Assembly: GCA_045542055.1 (NCBI GenBank)
Contig: JAZQKH010000021.1
Coordinates: 7,963-71,962, forward strand
From: Christensenellaceae bacterium
Lineage (GTDB): Bacteria; Bacillota; Clostridia; Christensenellales; Borkfalkiaceae
Direction: 5' to 3'
DNA length: 64,000 nt
Both the position numbers and the translations under genes were made by a program. The notes below the pieces were generated by a model. The model did no database searches. It saw only the letters and a list, made by a program, of their open reading frames with translations, and was not told where the DNA came from. Numbering within the stretch: the stretch's first letter is position 1; every line of letters begins with the position of its first letter. Shown here piece after piece: positions 9,157 to 18,447 of this stretch.

Positions 9157-10527
9157 ATGAAGTTTATAACTTTCACAAAAGATTTTTTAGGAGAAGAACA
9201 TATTCAAGTTCTTAGGGCGTTGGGTAGGGAAATTGGCGTAAAATCCCCCACTTCTAAAAATAAGGCTAATATAATTGAACATATTTTGGCAATTCAAAGT
9301 GGTAAGTTGCAACCGGCTGAACCTTCAAAAAGGGGTGCACCAGTATTAATTGAAGTTGACCTTAGTAAGTTTTATGCAAAGGGTGGAAACGTGCCCTACG
9401 AACACACGGGTATTGACGTTAAGTTGGAGTTAAGCGATTCAGAAAAAGACCAGTTTATAACAGACGGCTTTATAGAAATTGACCCCTTAGAAAAAACGGG
9501 CGTTATGCACGTAAGTAATTACGAACAAGGTCAACTTAAAGTTACCGTACCCGCTGAAAAAGTTACTGAATACGGTTTGCGTCAAGGCGACCAAATAAGT
9601 GCAACGGTAAAAAAGATATATAAAAACCAACCACCCGTACTTCAAGAAGTGCTTTCTATAAACGAAGTTTCTATTGAAGAAATCGGCAATAGGCCTTTAT
9701 TTGAAAGTTTTTCGGCGTGCAATCCGACTGAAAAATTTGTTTTAGAAAAAGACGGCGACCTTTCGCTTAGAGTTTTAGACTTATTCGTGCCTATCGGAAA
9801 GGGGCAAAGGGGATTGGTTGTCAGTCAGCCTAAGTCTGGTGGCACGACCTTGCTTATTAAAATAGCAAACGCTATTGCCCTTAAAAACGACGTAAAGCTA
9901 TTCGTGCTATTGGTTGATTATCGCCCGGAAGAGATTACCGATATAGAACACGATTGCGTAGGTGAAGTTCGTTCTTCTTCGTTTGACGAAAGTTATCAAA
10001 ACCACGTAAAAGTAGCCGACCTTTGCATCAACAAGGCGAAACGACTTGCCGAAAGCGGTAAAGACGCCGTAGTTATAGTTGATTCAATTACCGCACTTGC
10101 AAAGGCGTATGCTAACGTTTATCCAACGAGCGAGGGTGTGGTTAGTGCACAAGCAATGCAAAGCATAAAAGCTTTTTTCGGTTGTGGTAAGAATTTGAAT
10201 GGCGCTGGTAGTTTAACGCTTTTGGCAACAGCAACCGACACGCAAAACGTTTTTTACCAAACAGTTTTGCAAGAACTTGAAGAAGTTTGCAATATGCAAG
10301 TGTATTTAGATTACAACCTTGCAAAAAAGGGTGTTTATCCCGCAATCGACCTATTAAAATCGTCAACCAAAAAATCAGACTCTCTACTCACCGCACAAGA
10401 GCTTTCCGCTTATAGAAAATTATACGAGCAGATAATAGACGACCCGCAATCAACTCAAAGGCTTTTAGAAGCGCTTAAGCAAACCCAAGATAATCAAAGT
10501 TTAGTTGAAAAAATTAACGCAAAGTAA
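9157..10527 (+). CDS. Rho-like protein with degenerate ATPase motifs (pseudo-Rho)
   Basis: 456 aa and colinear with Rho: RVLDLFVPIGKGQRGLVV, VVIVDSIT, GSLTLLATA, YPAIDLLKSST. Walker A reads PKSGGTT instead of PKAGKT, DERPEE reads DYRPEE, and the Arg finger is Lys. SD AAGGGAAG is present. Confidence 0.7.
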   Translation: MKFITFTKDFLGEEHIQVLRALGREIGVKSPTSKNKANIIEHILAIQSGKLQPAEPSKRGAPVLIEVDLSKFYAKGGNVPYEHTGIDVKLELSDSEKDQFITDGFIEIDPLEKTGVMHVSNYEQGQLKVTVPAEKVTEYGLRQGDQISATVKKIYKNQPPVLQEVLSINEVSIEEIGNRPLFESFSACNPTEKFVLEKDGDLSLRVLDLFVPIGKGQRGLVVSQPKSGGTTLLIKIANAIALKNDVKLFVLLVDYRPEEITDIEHDCVGEVRSSSFDESYQNHVKVADLCINKAKRLAESGKDAVVIVDSITALAKAYANVYPTSEGVVSAQAMQSIKAFFGCGKNLNGAGSLTLLATATDTQNVFYQTVLQELEEVCNMQVYLDYNLAKKGVYPAIDLLKSSTKKSDSLLTAQELSAYRKLYEQIIDDPQSTQRLLEALKQTQDNQSLVEKINAK

Positions 10528-10532
10528 ACTTT

Positions 10533-11501
10533 ATGAAGTCATTAAGAAACAAAACTATAGATTTTCCGCTATCCGAGGCCACTAATTTGTTGTCACAGTG
10601 CGTTAAGGGAAAGGACGTGCAAGAAATCGATTTCAACTCAGTCGTTATAGGCGATAGTTTTGAAAGTATAAAAAAACTTGCCGACGGCTCTATTGACCTT
10701 TTGATAGTTGACCCGCCGTACAATATGAGAAAGGATTTTCACGGTGCAAGTTTTAACAAAATGGGGCAAAGTGCCTATGCGGAATATACTGAAAATTGGA
10801 TACTTGCGGTCAAGAGTAAATTAAAAGAGTCGGCAAGCGTATACGTGTGTTGCGATTGGGAAAGTTCACTTATAATAGGCAACCTGTTGGCGAAGCACTT
10901 TATATTACGCAACCGTATCACTTGGCAACGTGAAAAGGGTCGTGGTGCAAAAAAGAACTGGAAAAACGGTTTAGAAGACGTATTTTTTGCAACCGTATCA
11001 AACGAATACACTTTTAACCTTGACGCCGTTAAACAGCGTAAAAAGGTGCTTGCACCTTATAAAGAAAACGGCAAGCCGAAGGATTGGGAGCAAACGGGGG
11101 AAGGTAAGTTTAGAAACACCTGCCCTTCAAACTTTTGGGATGACGTTTCAGTACCCTATTGGTCTATGCCTGAAAACACCGCACACCCCACGCAAAAACC
11201 TGAAAAACTTATTGCCAAACTAATTTTAGCAAGTTCAAATAAGGGCGACGTGGTTTTAGATATCTTTGGCGGTAGTGGTACTACGGGCGTTGTTGCAAAA
11301 AAACTTAACAGAAAATTTATTTTGTTTGAACAAAACGAACTGTATTGCGCTTGGGCACAGTACAGGTTAAACTTAGCCGATAAAGATAACGGTATTCAAG
11401 GCTACTTTGACGGGGTTTTTTGGGAAAGGAATTCTAAGCCCACCTATCAGCCTAAAAATAAAACGCAAAAACTATTAAAAACTAATAAAAATAAAAACTA
11501 A
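10533..11501 (+). CDS. Beta-class DNA methyltransferase (DPPY type, probably N6-adenine), solitary
   Basis: Motif IV LLIVDPPYNM is N-terminal, HPTQKPEKL is present, and motif I DIFGGSGTTG lies near the C-terminus. No endonuclease gene is adjacent. Confidence 0.8.
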   Translation: MKSLRNKTIDFPLSEATNLLSQCVKGKDVQEIDFNSVVIGDSFESIKKLADGSIDLLIVDPPYNMRKDFHGASFNKMGQSAYAEYTENWILAVKSKLKESASVYVCCDWESSLIIGNLLAKHFILRNRITWQREKGRGAKKNWKNGLEDVFFATVSNEYTFNLDAVKQRKKVLAPYKENGKPKDWEQTGEGKFRNTCPSNFWDDVSVPYWSMPENTAHPTQKPEKLIAKLILASSNKGDVVLDIFGGSGTTGVVAKKLNRKFILFEQNELYCAWAQYRLNLADKDNGIQGYFDGVFWERNSKPTYQPKNKTQKLLKTNKNKN

Positions 11502-11566
11502 TAAAAAAGCCCACTCAAACTGAAATGCACCCCAAAAGTTAGACACTTTAAGGAGGTGTATTTTTT

Positions 11567-11941
11567 ATGCGAAAAAAAGGAATAAAGAACAAAAATTACT
11601 CGCCAGAATTCAAATTATCCGTTATACTAGATATGCGTGAAAACAATCTTGCCTACAAAGAGACCGTAAGAAAATATTCATTAGGTAAAATTGAAAGCGG
11701 TGGTGCAAGACAAATGCTTCAACGGTGGGAACGCAAATATCTAGAGGAAGGATATGAAGGACTAATGAAAGACAATCGTGGCAGACCTAGTTTAACAGGA
11801 AAAAAACGAGGAAGACCACCTAAGTTAGATAAAAAGGTGGAAGAAGATTTAATAGCAGAAAACCAAAGACTTAGGATGGAGAACGAGTGTCTAAAAAAAC
11901 TCAATGCCTTAGTTCAGGAACGTATAGAGCGAGAAAGATAG
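11567..11941 (+). CDS. IS3-family transposase OrfA (HTH / leucine-zipper part)
   Basis: 124 aa. An HTH-like N-terminus is followed by a basic RGRPPKLDK region and a heptad-rich C-terminus. Confidence 0.85.
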   Translation: MRKKGIKNKNYSPEFKLSVILDMRENNLAYKETVRKYSLGKIESGGARQMLQRWERKYLEEGYEGLMKDNRGRPSLTGKKRGRPPKLDKKVEEDLIAENQRLRMENECLKKLNALVQERIERER

Positions 11942-12783
11942 AAAAGATAAAAGTCATAACTGAATTAAGGCACAAATATCCATTAAATGACTTGATGAGT
12001 TTTTTTGGTATTGCTCGTAGTACGTATTACTACTATCTCAAAGAAAAGAAAGATAAATACATAGTAGAAAAGCAAGAAATACAAGACATATTTACAAGTA
12101 GTAAAAACACTTATGGTTACCGTAGAATAACATTAGAGTTAAGACAAAAAGGATATACAATTAACCATAAAACAGTATTAAAACTAATGAAAACTCTTAA
12201 AATCTACGGAAAACAAAGAAAAAGTAAGTATAAATCATATCGTGGGGAAGTTGGTAAAGTTGCTCCTAATATACTTAATAGAGAGTTTAATGCTACTGCT
12301 CCATATACAAAACTTACTACTGACGTAACAGAGTTTAACGTGTGTAATGAAAAGGTGTATTTATCTCCCGTATTAGATATGTTTAACAACGAAATATTAA
12401 GTTATTCTATCTCTACAAGCCCTAATTTTCTACAAACTAGAGAAATGCTCAATAGTTTGTTTGAAATACTACCTAAAACGGCAACACCACTATTACACTC
12501 TGACCAAGGCTGGCAATACCAAATGAGAGAGTTTCAACGTTTACTTAAAGAACATAACGTAACGCAAAGCATGTCAAGAAAAGGTAATTGTTTAGACAAC
12601 AGTGTTATGGAAAATTTCTTCGGTAGGCTAAAAGTGGAAATGTACTACGGCGAAAAATTTGAAAGCGTTAACGCTTTCATACAAAAGCTACACGAATATA
12701 TTAACTATTACAACAATGAAAGAATATCTTTAAAATTGAAAATGAGTCCAGTAAAATACCGAACTCAATTCCAATATATTTAA
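11887..12783 (+). CDS. IS3-family transposase OrfB (DDE catalytic domain), expressed as an OrfAB fusion by -1 frameshift
   Basis: It has HSDQGWQY and NCLDNSVMENFFGRLKVE (DDE/integrase core) and lies in the -1 frame relative to orfA. Confidence 0.85.
   Translation: MSKKTQCLSSGTYRARKIEKIKVITELRHKYPLNDLMSFFGIARSTYYYYLKEKKDKYIVEKQEIQDIFTSSKNTYGYRRITLELRQKGYTINHKTVLKLMKTLKIYGKQRKSKYKSYRGEVGKVAPNILNREFNATAPYTKLTTDVTEFNVCNEKVYLSPVLDMFNNEILSYSISTSPNFLQTREMLNSLFEILPKTATPLLHSDQGWQYQMREFQRLLKEHNVTQSMSRKGNCLDNSVMENFFGRLKVEMYYGEKFESVNAFIQKLHEYINYYNNERISLKLKMSPVKYRTQFQYI
11893..11899 (+). promoter_or_regulatory. Programmed -1 ribosomal frameshift site of the IS
   Basis: The heptamer A AAA AAA sits in the orfA zero frame (CTA AAA AAA CTC). 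After a -1 slip the reading continues TQCLSSGTYR, which is OrfB. Confidence 0.7.
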
Positions 12784-12870
12784 TTTAATTTTTTGTCTAA
12801 ACTTTTGGGTTCACATCAGTTCGCTTGGGGGCTTTTTATTGATATTTTTTGTTTTACGTTTCTCGGTTTA

Positions 12871-13401
12871 TTACACATTTGCAATCAAATTACCGTCTAT
12901 ATCCATAAGTTTAAGACTGCCATCTTCAACAAGCACGAAAGACGACGGCGTGTTGTTTTTTGGTAATGACACAGAGCCAGCGTTTACGTAAATAGTGCCG
13001 TCCTTTGGTTCAATAAAACCAGTGTGGAAATGCCCGTACACAACGAAATCAAACTTGGTTTTCGTAGGAAGGTCTTTATTGTTCACGTGTCCGTGTGTTA
13101 AATAAAAAGTTTTACCACCACTAATTAGACACAAATTTTCAATAAAATCAAATTCAGATATAAGCGTATCTACTTGACTATCGCAGTTACCTTTAACCAC
13201 TAAAAGATTTTCCTTTACGCTATTTAAGATTTCAGAAACAGCCATTGGGTTATAATCTTTGGGCAGTGGGTTTCTTGGTCCGTGGTTGTAAATATCGCCA
13301 AGCAGAATAATTTTATCAGCGCTAAACTTCTTTGCGTTTTCAACGACTTGCTTTGCGTAGTACGATGACCCGTGTAGGTCGGACGCTATTAAAAACTTCA
13401 T
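12871..13401 (-). CDS. Metallophosphoesterase, YfcE / MJ0936 family
   Basis: It has MKFLIASDLHGS, LLGDIYNHGPRN and GHFHTG motifs. Confidence 0.8.
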   Translation of the reverse strand: MKFLIASDLHGSSYYAKQVVENAKKFSADKIILLGDIYNHGPRNPLPKDYNPMAVSEILNSVKENLLVVKGNCDSQVDTLISEFDFIENLCLISGGKTFYLTHGHVNNKDLPTKTKFDFVVYGHFHTGFIEPKDGTIYVNAGSVSLPKNNTPSSFVLVEDGSLKLMDIDGNLIANV

Positions 13402-13411
13402 ATTATCACCT

Positions 13412-14125
13412 TTAATCTTGCGTTAAATCTTTCACAACTTCCCCAGCAAGCATTAAACCTGCCGTTGCAGGAACGAAGATAGTTGACGGAGGTGCTTTTT
13501 TGCCGTCCGTTTTAACTTCAGTAAATTCCCGAGAGCCAAAGTTTGCCCTTTCATCTGAATAAACTACTTTTAGGCTATCAATACCACGTGCCTTTACTTC
13601 CCTGCGCATAACCCTTGCAAGCGGGCATCCGCTCGTTTTTTTGATATCGGCAACCTTAAGCCTATTTATATCGCTTTTGCCACCCGTACCCATACAACTT
13701 ATAATAGGTACGCCTAAAAATTTTGCTCGTTCTACTAAGGCAAGTTTTGATGAAACGGTATCTATAGCGTCAACGATATAGTCGTACGCTGTTAGGTCAA
13801 AGCCCGATAAATTTTCAGGGGTAATAAAAATATCGTTACCCGTAAAGTTTAAGTCGGGATTGATGCTTTTTAGACGCTTTTCAATCACCCTTACTTTGCT
13901 TTTGCCTACGGTGATAAAATCTGCAATGATTTGCCTATTTATATTACTTACAGATATCACGTCGCCATCAAAAACGGTTATGCTACCCACACCGCTTCTA
14001 ACCAATGCTTCGGCAGTAAAACCGCCAACCCCACCGACGCCGAATACTGCCACGTGGGATGCCATAAGCTTATTAAGTTTTTGCTCGCCAATGAGCATTT
14101 GCGTGCGGATAAAGGGTGTTTCCAT
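13412..14125 (-). CDS. tcdA: tRNA threonylcarbamoyladenosine dehydratase (ThiF/HesA-family, TcdA-like)
   Basis: VAVFGVGGVGGFTAEALVRSGVG Rossmann fold and SNINRQ, at about 237 aa. The start overlaps the asnA stop (TAATG). Confidence 0.7.
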   Translation of the reverse strand: METPFIRTQMLIGEQKLNKLMASHVAVFGVGGVGGFTAEALVRSGVGSITVFDGDVISVSNINRQIIADFITVGKSKVRVIEKRLKSINPDLNFTGNDIFITPENLSGFDLTAYDYIVDAIDTVSSKLALVERAKFLGVPIISCMGTGGKSDINRLKVADIKKTSGCPLARVMRREVKARGIDSLKVVYSDERANFGSREFTEVKTDGKKAPPSTIFVPATAGLMLAGEVVKDLTQD

Positions 14126-15111
14126 TATAGTAAATTTATACCTTTAGTTAAATTTTCTTTAATAGTTTCTTCCGACCAAACGGACGCTTGCACTTCGCCT
14201 ATATGCGCCTTTTTTAAGAAAAACATACAAAGCCTTGACTGACCTATACCGCCACCTATGGTTAATGGAAGTTGGTTTTGCATAATTGCCTTGCAGTAAG
14301 GGTTTTCAAGTTTATAAAGCTCGTTTTTCTTCTTTAATTGCTTAACTAAACTCTTTTCGTCTACCCTAATACCCATAGAAGAAACTTCTAATGCGATACC
14401 TAAAACGTCGTACCACAAAAGAATATCACCGTTTAACTTCCAATCGTCGTAGTCCGCCGCCCTACCATCGTGCGGGTTGCCGTCGGAAAGTGGCCAACCA
14501 ATTTGGTAAATAAATACTGCGCCGTGTTTTTTTGCAGCTTCAGTTTCACGTTGCTTTCTGGTAAGTGTGGGATATTGTTCTTCCAACTCTTTAGTCGAAA
14601 TAAAGGTTATTTCTTTTGGAAGGCTATTAGCAAGCGTTGGATATTTAGCGTTTACTAAACTGCCAACTTTATAAAGTGCTTTATATATCGCTTTTACGGT
14701 TCTTTTAAGATATGAAAGTTTACGCTCGGATTTAGTGATGATTTTTTCCCAATCCCATTGGTCAACGTATACCGAGTGTATAGCGTCCAAATCTTCGTCA
14801 CGACGGATTGCGTTCATATCGGTATAAAGCCCCGTGTTTTCCGCAAAGCCGTACTTTGCAAGTGCCATTCTTTTCCACTTGGCAAGCGATTGAACGATTT
14901 CAACTTCCTTTTTAAGCGATAAAATATCAAAGCGAACTGCACGCTCGTAGCCGTTTAGGTTGTCGTTAAGCCCCGTTTCCGGCTGGACGAAAAGTGGTGC
15001 CGAAACCCTTGTTAATTTAAGGGCTTTGGCTAATTCCTTTTCAAAGGTATCTTTTATGTATTTTATTGCAATCTCCGTGTCGAGAAGACTTAGAGTTGAC
15101 TTGTAAGTCAT
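14125..15111 (-). CDS. asnA: Aspartate--ammonia ligase (asparagine synthetase A)
   Basis: It has HSVYVDQWDWEK, SSMGIRVD and TIGGGIGQSRL, and at 328 aa is colinear with E. coli AsnA. Confidence 0.9.
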   Translation of the reverse strand: MTYKSTLSLLDTEIAIKYIKDTFEKELAKALKLTRVSAPLFVQPETGLNDNLNGYERAVRFDILSLKKEVEIVQSLAKWKRMALAKYGFAENTGLYTDMNAIRRDEDLDAIHSVYVDQWDWEKIITKSERKLSYLKRTVKAIYKALYKVGSLVNAKYPTLANSLPKEITFISTKELEEQYPTLTRKQRETEAAKKHGAVFIYQIGWPLSDGNPHDGRAADYDDWKLNGDILLWYDVLGIALEVSSMGIRVDEKSLVKQLKKKNELYKLENPYCKAIMQNQLPLTIGGGIGQSRLCMFFLKKAHIGEVQASVWSEETIKENLTKGINLL

Positions 15112-16361
15112 TATTTTATATCTCCTTTATAGAGCGGATATTTATCGGTAAGTTTTTTAACTTCTGCACTAACGTACTCAAACGCTTCTTCCTTCTTTTC
15201 GATAATAGTTGCAATAAGTTCGGCAACCTTTTCGCACTCTGCTTCCTTGAAGCCCCTTGAAGTTATTGCGGGCGTACCAATTCTTACGCCACTCGTTACG
15301 AAAGCACTGCGCTTATCGAAAGGTATTGCGTTTTTATTGCAGGTAATATGAACTTCATCAAGCATTTTTTCAAGTTCTTTACCAGTGATTTCTCTATCAG
15401 ATAGGTCTAAAAGCATTAAATGGTTGTCAGTACCGCCTGAAACTTGTTTAATGCCAAGTTCGTTAAACTTATTGCTCATAGCCTTAGCATTTTTAACGAT
15501 TTGTTCTTGGTAAGCCTTAAACTCAGGTTTTAACGCTTCGCCAAAAGCAACTGCCTTCGCTGCAATAATGTGCATTAAAGGACCACCTTGAGTGCCGGGG
15601 AACACAGCCTTGTCGATAAGTTTTGCATATTGTTCCTTGCACAAAATCATACCGCCACGTGGACCACGAAGGGTTTTGTGTGTGGTGGTGGTTACGAAGT
15701 CAGCGTACGGAACGGGGCTTGGATGTAGACCTGCGGCAACCAAACCGGCAATGTGGGCAATGTCAACCATCATATATGCGCCAACCTTATCGCATATTTC
15801 CCTAATACGTTTAAAGTCTAATACTCTGGGATAAGCACTTGCACCACTAACGATAATTTTAGGCTTGCATTCTAAAGCAATTTTTTCTAATTCATCGTAG
15901 TTGATAGTACCCGTTTTTTCATCAACGCCGTAGCCAACAGAATTAAAATATTTACCGGATACGGTTACGGGGCTACCGTGGGTTAAGTGCCCGCCGTGTG
16001 CCAAACTCATACCCAAAATGGTATCCCCTGGTTGAAGAACTGCAAAATATACTGCAAAGTTTGCGTTTGCACCACTGTGCGGTTGAACGTTTGCGTGGTC
16101 TGCGCCGAAAAGTTTTTTTGCTCTTTCAATAGCAAGTTTTTCAACGATGTCAACGTATTGACAACCACCGTAATATCTGTGTTCGGGGTAACCTTCGGCG
16201 TATTTGTTAGTTAATACGCTACCTGCTGCTAGTAACACGTTTGCTGAAACAACGTTTTCACTTGCGATAAGTTCAATATTTTCTTGTTGGCGACCAAGTT
16301 CTTTTTCTAAGCCAACGTATACTTCGGGGTCTAACTGTTTAATAGAGCTGTAATCAATCAT
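15111..16361 (-). CDS. glyA: Serine hydroxymethyltransferase
   Basis: It has the [17 protein letters not shown]-lysine motif and LIASEN; 416 aa. Confidence 0.95.
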   Translation of the reverse strand: MIDYSSIKQLDPEVYVGLEKELGRQQENIELIASENVVSANVLLAAGSVLTNKYAEGYPEHRYYGGCQYVDIVEKLAIERAKKLFGADHANVQPHSGANANFAVYFAVLQPGDTILGMSLAHGGHLTHGSPVTVSGKYFNSVGYGVDEKTGTINYDELEKIALECKPKIIVSGASAYPRVLDFKRIREICDKVGAYMMVDIAHIAGLVAAGLHPSPVPYADFVTTTTHKTLRGPRGGMILCKEQYAKLIDKAVFPGTQGGPLMHIIAAKAVAFGEALKPEFKAYQEQIVKNAKAMSNKFNELGIKQVSGGTDNHLMLLDLSDREITGKELEKMLDEVHITCNKNAIPFDKRSAFVTSGVRIGTPAITSRGFKEAECEKVAELIATIIEKKEEAFEYVSAEVKKLTDKYPLYKGDIK

Positions 16362-16414
16362 CTGTAAATCATCCTTTTTCTTTTTATTTTTAGGCGTTAA
16401 TGTGTGCCTTTTTT

Positions 16415-16741
16415 CTATTTTAAATACTTTAATACCATTTGCGATAGGCTTGCTTTTGAAGTTAAGCCAACGGTTTTTTCTTTTAGTTCGCCGTCCTTAA
16501 AAAGCATAATGGTCGGTATTGAAACAATGCCGAGTTCCGTTGCAAGTTTTTCGTTAACGTCTACGTCACACTTGGCAACTACCACGTTTTCGCCCGCTTC
16601 TTCCTTAAATTCCGCAAGCACCGGACCTTGCATTTTGCACGGTCCACACCAAGTAGCCCAAAAGTCAACGAGTACGGGTTTATCGCTTTCAAGCAAGGTA
16701 GCGAATTCCATTTCGTTATTAATATCAATTATTCCGTTCAT
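16415..16741 (-). CDS. trxA: Thioredoxin
   Basis: WATWCGPCK active site. Start moved to Met18 of the ORF-track entry, which gives 108 aa and is preceded by AAAGGAGA. Confidence 0.9.
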   Translation of the reverse strand: MNGIIDINNEMEFATLLESDKPVLVDFWATWCGPCKMQGPVLAEFKEEAGENVVVAKCDVDVNEKLATELGIVSIPTIMLFKDGELKEKTVGLTSKASLSQMVLKYLK

Positions 16742-16751
16742 ATTATCTCCT

Positions 16752-17168
16752 TTATTCTTCCACACGACTGTCCACCGATATAATCTCGGCACAAAAACGG
16801 TCGCTGGTTTTTAATTTTTTATCAATTATTGCCAAAATAGTATACCACAACGCTATGCTTATTAAACTTAGAAAAAGTATCCAAATTTCCTTTCTAATAA
16901 TTAGTGTTGCTATTAGCGACGAAGCAATTATAAGTATTAGGGGTATTAAAAACACCATTATTGCACCTAAAAGTTTACCGCTTTCACGCTTGGTAAAGGT
17001 TACGGTTTCGCCCACATTTGCACCTAAGTCGTTTTTTGCGTTAAGGTCGATATAACTTGCGTTTTTACCAAAAACGCACATCCCACACTTACTACATTCG
17101 TCTTTTTTGTTTACCCTTATAGTAGCATATCCTTTAGAAGTGCCTACTACCACGCCTTGTTCGGTCAT
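16752..17168 (-). CDS. RseC/MucC-family (SoxR-reducing-system-like) membrane protein
   Basis: An N-terminal beta domain carries CSKCGMC and is followed by two TM helices; 138 aa. Confidence 0.6.
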   Translation of the reverse strand: MTEQGVVVGTSKGYATIRVNKKDECSKCGMCVFGKNASYIDLNAKNDLGANVGETVTFTKRESGKLLGAIMVFLIPLILIIASSLIATLIIRKEIWILFLSLISIALWYTILAIIDKKLKTSDRFCAEIISVDSRVEE

Positions 17169-17169
17169 A

Positions 17170-18423
17170 TTAGTTTTCCTTTAAGAAGGCTAAAACTTGG
17201 TCGAACTTAACCGTTTGTTCAAAGCCGTCTGCCATACGTTTAAGCTTAACTTCGCCCGCTTGTAATTCAGTTGAGCCTATAACGGCAACGTATTCAGCAC
17301 CTATTTTATCGGCGTACTTAAATTGTGATTTTACGCCCCTTTTCATATGGTCAACGTCAACCGATACGCCTTGACTTCTTAAAATGTTGGCAAGTTCAAA
17401 AGCCTTGTTATATTCTTGCTCGCCCATCGATGCGATATATAACTTAACGCCGTCGCTAACGGGTAGTTGAACGCCCGTGTTTTCTAAAAGCATTAAAAGT
17501 CTTTCAATACCTACGGCAAAACCTACGCCCGCAACGTCGTTAGTGCCGAACTCTTTGATAAGCCCGTCGTACCTTCCGCCACCACAAACCGTGCCTTGTG
17601 CACCTATGTTATCTGAAACGAATTCAAAAACCGTTTTGGTGTAATAATCTAAGCCCCTAACGATTTTGGGGTCTATGGTATACTCAACGCCCGCAAGATT
17701 TAGCAAGCCTTCAAGTTTACTCATATGCTCTTTACAATCGTCGCAAAGGTAATCTAAAATCACGGGAACGTCAGTGGTAATCTTTTTGCAGTCTGGGTTT
17801 TTGCAGTCTAAAATCCTAAGCGGATTTTTAGTAAGCCTTTCTTTACAAAGGTCGCAAAGCCCTGCATAGTTATATTCTAAATATTGCTTTAAGGCTTCTG
17901 AATACTTTTTGCGACACTCAGGACAGCCAATACTGTTTATATATAGCGAAATATTCTTTACGCCAAGTCTATCTAAAAGAGTTTTGGCAAGAATAATAAC
18001 TTCAGCGTCTATATCGGCACTGCTTGAGCCTAAGAATTCCACGCCGAATTGGTGAAACTCTCTAAGTCTGCCCGCTTGCGGTCGTTCGTAGCGGAAACAT
18101 TGCGTTAAATAATACAACTTAGCGGGAAGCACGCCTGCATAAAGACCGTTTTCCACAAACGCTCTTGCAACGCCTGCCGTACCTTCAGGTTTAAGGGTGA
18201 TTGAGCGGTCACCCTTGTCCATAAAGGTATACATCTCTTTATTAACTATATCAGTAGTTTCGCCTATGCCACGCAAAAAAACTTCAGTATGTTCAAAGGT
18301 GGGTGTGCGAATTTCCTTTGCGTTAAACAGTTCGGCTACTTCCCTTGCCGTTTGTTCAATGAACTGCCATTTTTTTGATTGACTTGGTAAAACGTCTTTT
18401 GTTCCTTTTGGTGCTATAATCAT
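17170..18423 (-). CDS. hisS: Histidine--tRNA ligase
   Basis: Class II motifs (FRYERPQAGRLREFHQ, GGGRYD) and a C-terminal anticodon-binding domain; 417 aa. Confidence 0.95.
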   Translation of the reverse strand: MIIAPKGTKDVLPSQSKKWQFIEQTAREVAELFNAKEIRTPTFEHTEVFLRGIGETTDIVNKEMYTFMDKGDRSITLKPEGTAGVARAFVENGLYAGVLPAKLYYLTQCFRYERPQAGRLREFHQFGVEFLGSSSADIDAEVIILAKTLLDRLGVKNISLYINSIGCPECRKKYSEALKQYLEYNYAGLCDLCKERLTKNPLRILDCKNPDCKKITTDVPVILDYLCDDCKEHMSKLEGLLNLAGVEYTIDPKIVRGLDYYTKTVFEFVSDNIGAQGTVCGGGRYDGLIKEFGTNDVAGVGFAVGIERLLMLLENTGVQLPVSDGVKLYIASMGEQEYNKAFELANILRSQGVSVDVDHMKRGVKSQFKYADKIGAEYVAVIGSTELQAGEVKLKRMADGFEQTVKFDQVLAFLKEN

Positions 18424-18447
18424 TTGGTTTTCCTTTTATAAAAAAAA

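Larger units (their letters stand above)
11521..12818 (+). mobile_element. IS3-family insertion sequence, apparently intact (1298 bp)
   Basis: Imperfect terminal inverted repeats TGAAATGCACCCCAAAAGTTAGAC and GTCTAAACTTTTGGGTTCACATCA give TG...CA ends. It has orfA, orfB and an A7 slippery site. No clear target duplication is visible. Confidence 0.85.

Noticed and set aside
12784-12870. The plus-to-minus gene-orientation switch near 12.8 kb might be a replication terminus or dif site.
   Set aside because: I could find no dif-like sequence by eye. Orientation switches again at 51.5, 54.3 and 63.2 kb, and the 3.4-5.4 kb genes are already on the minus strand. Cumulative GC skew would be needed, and the present evidence is insufficient.
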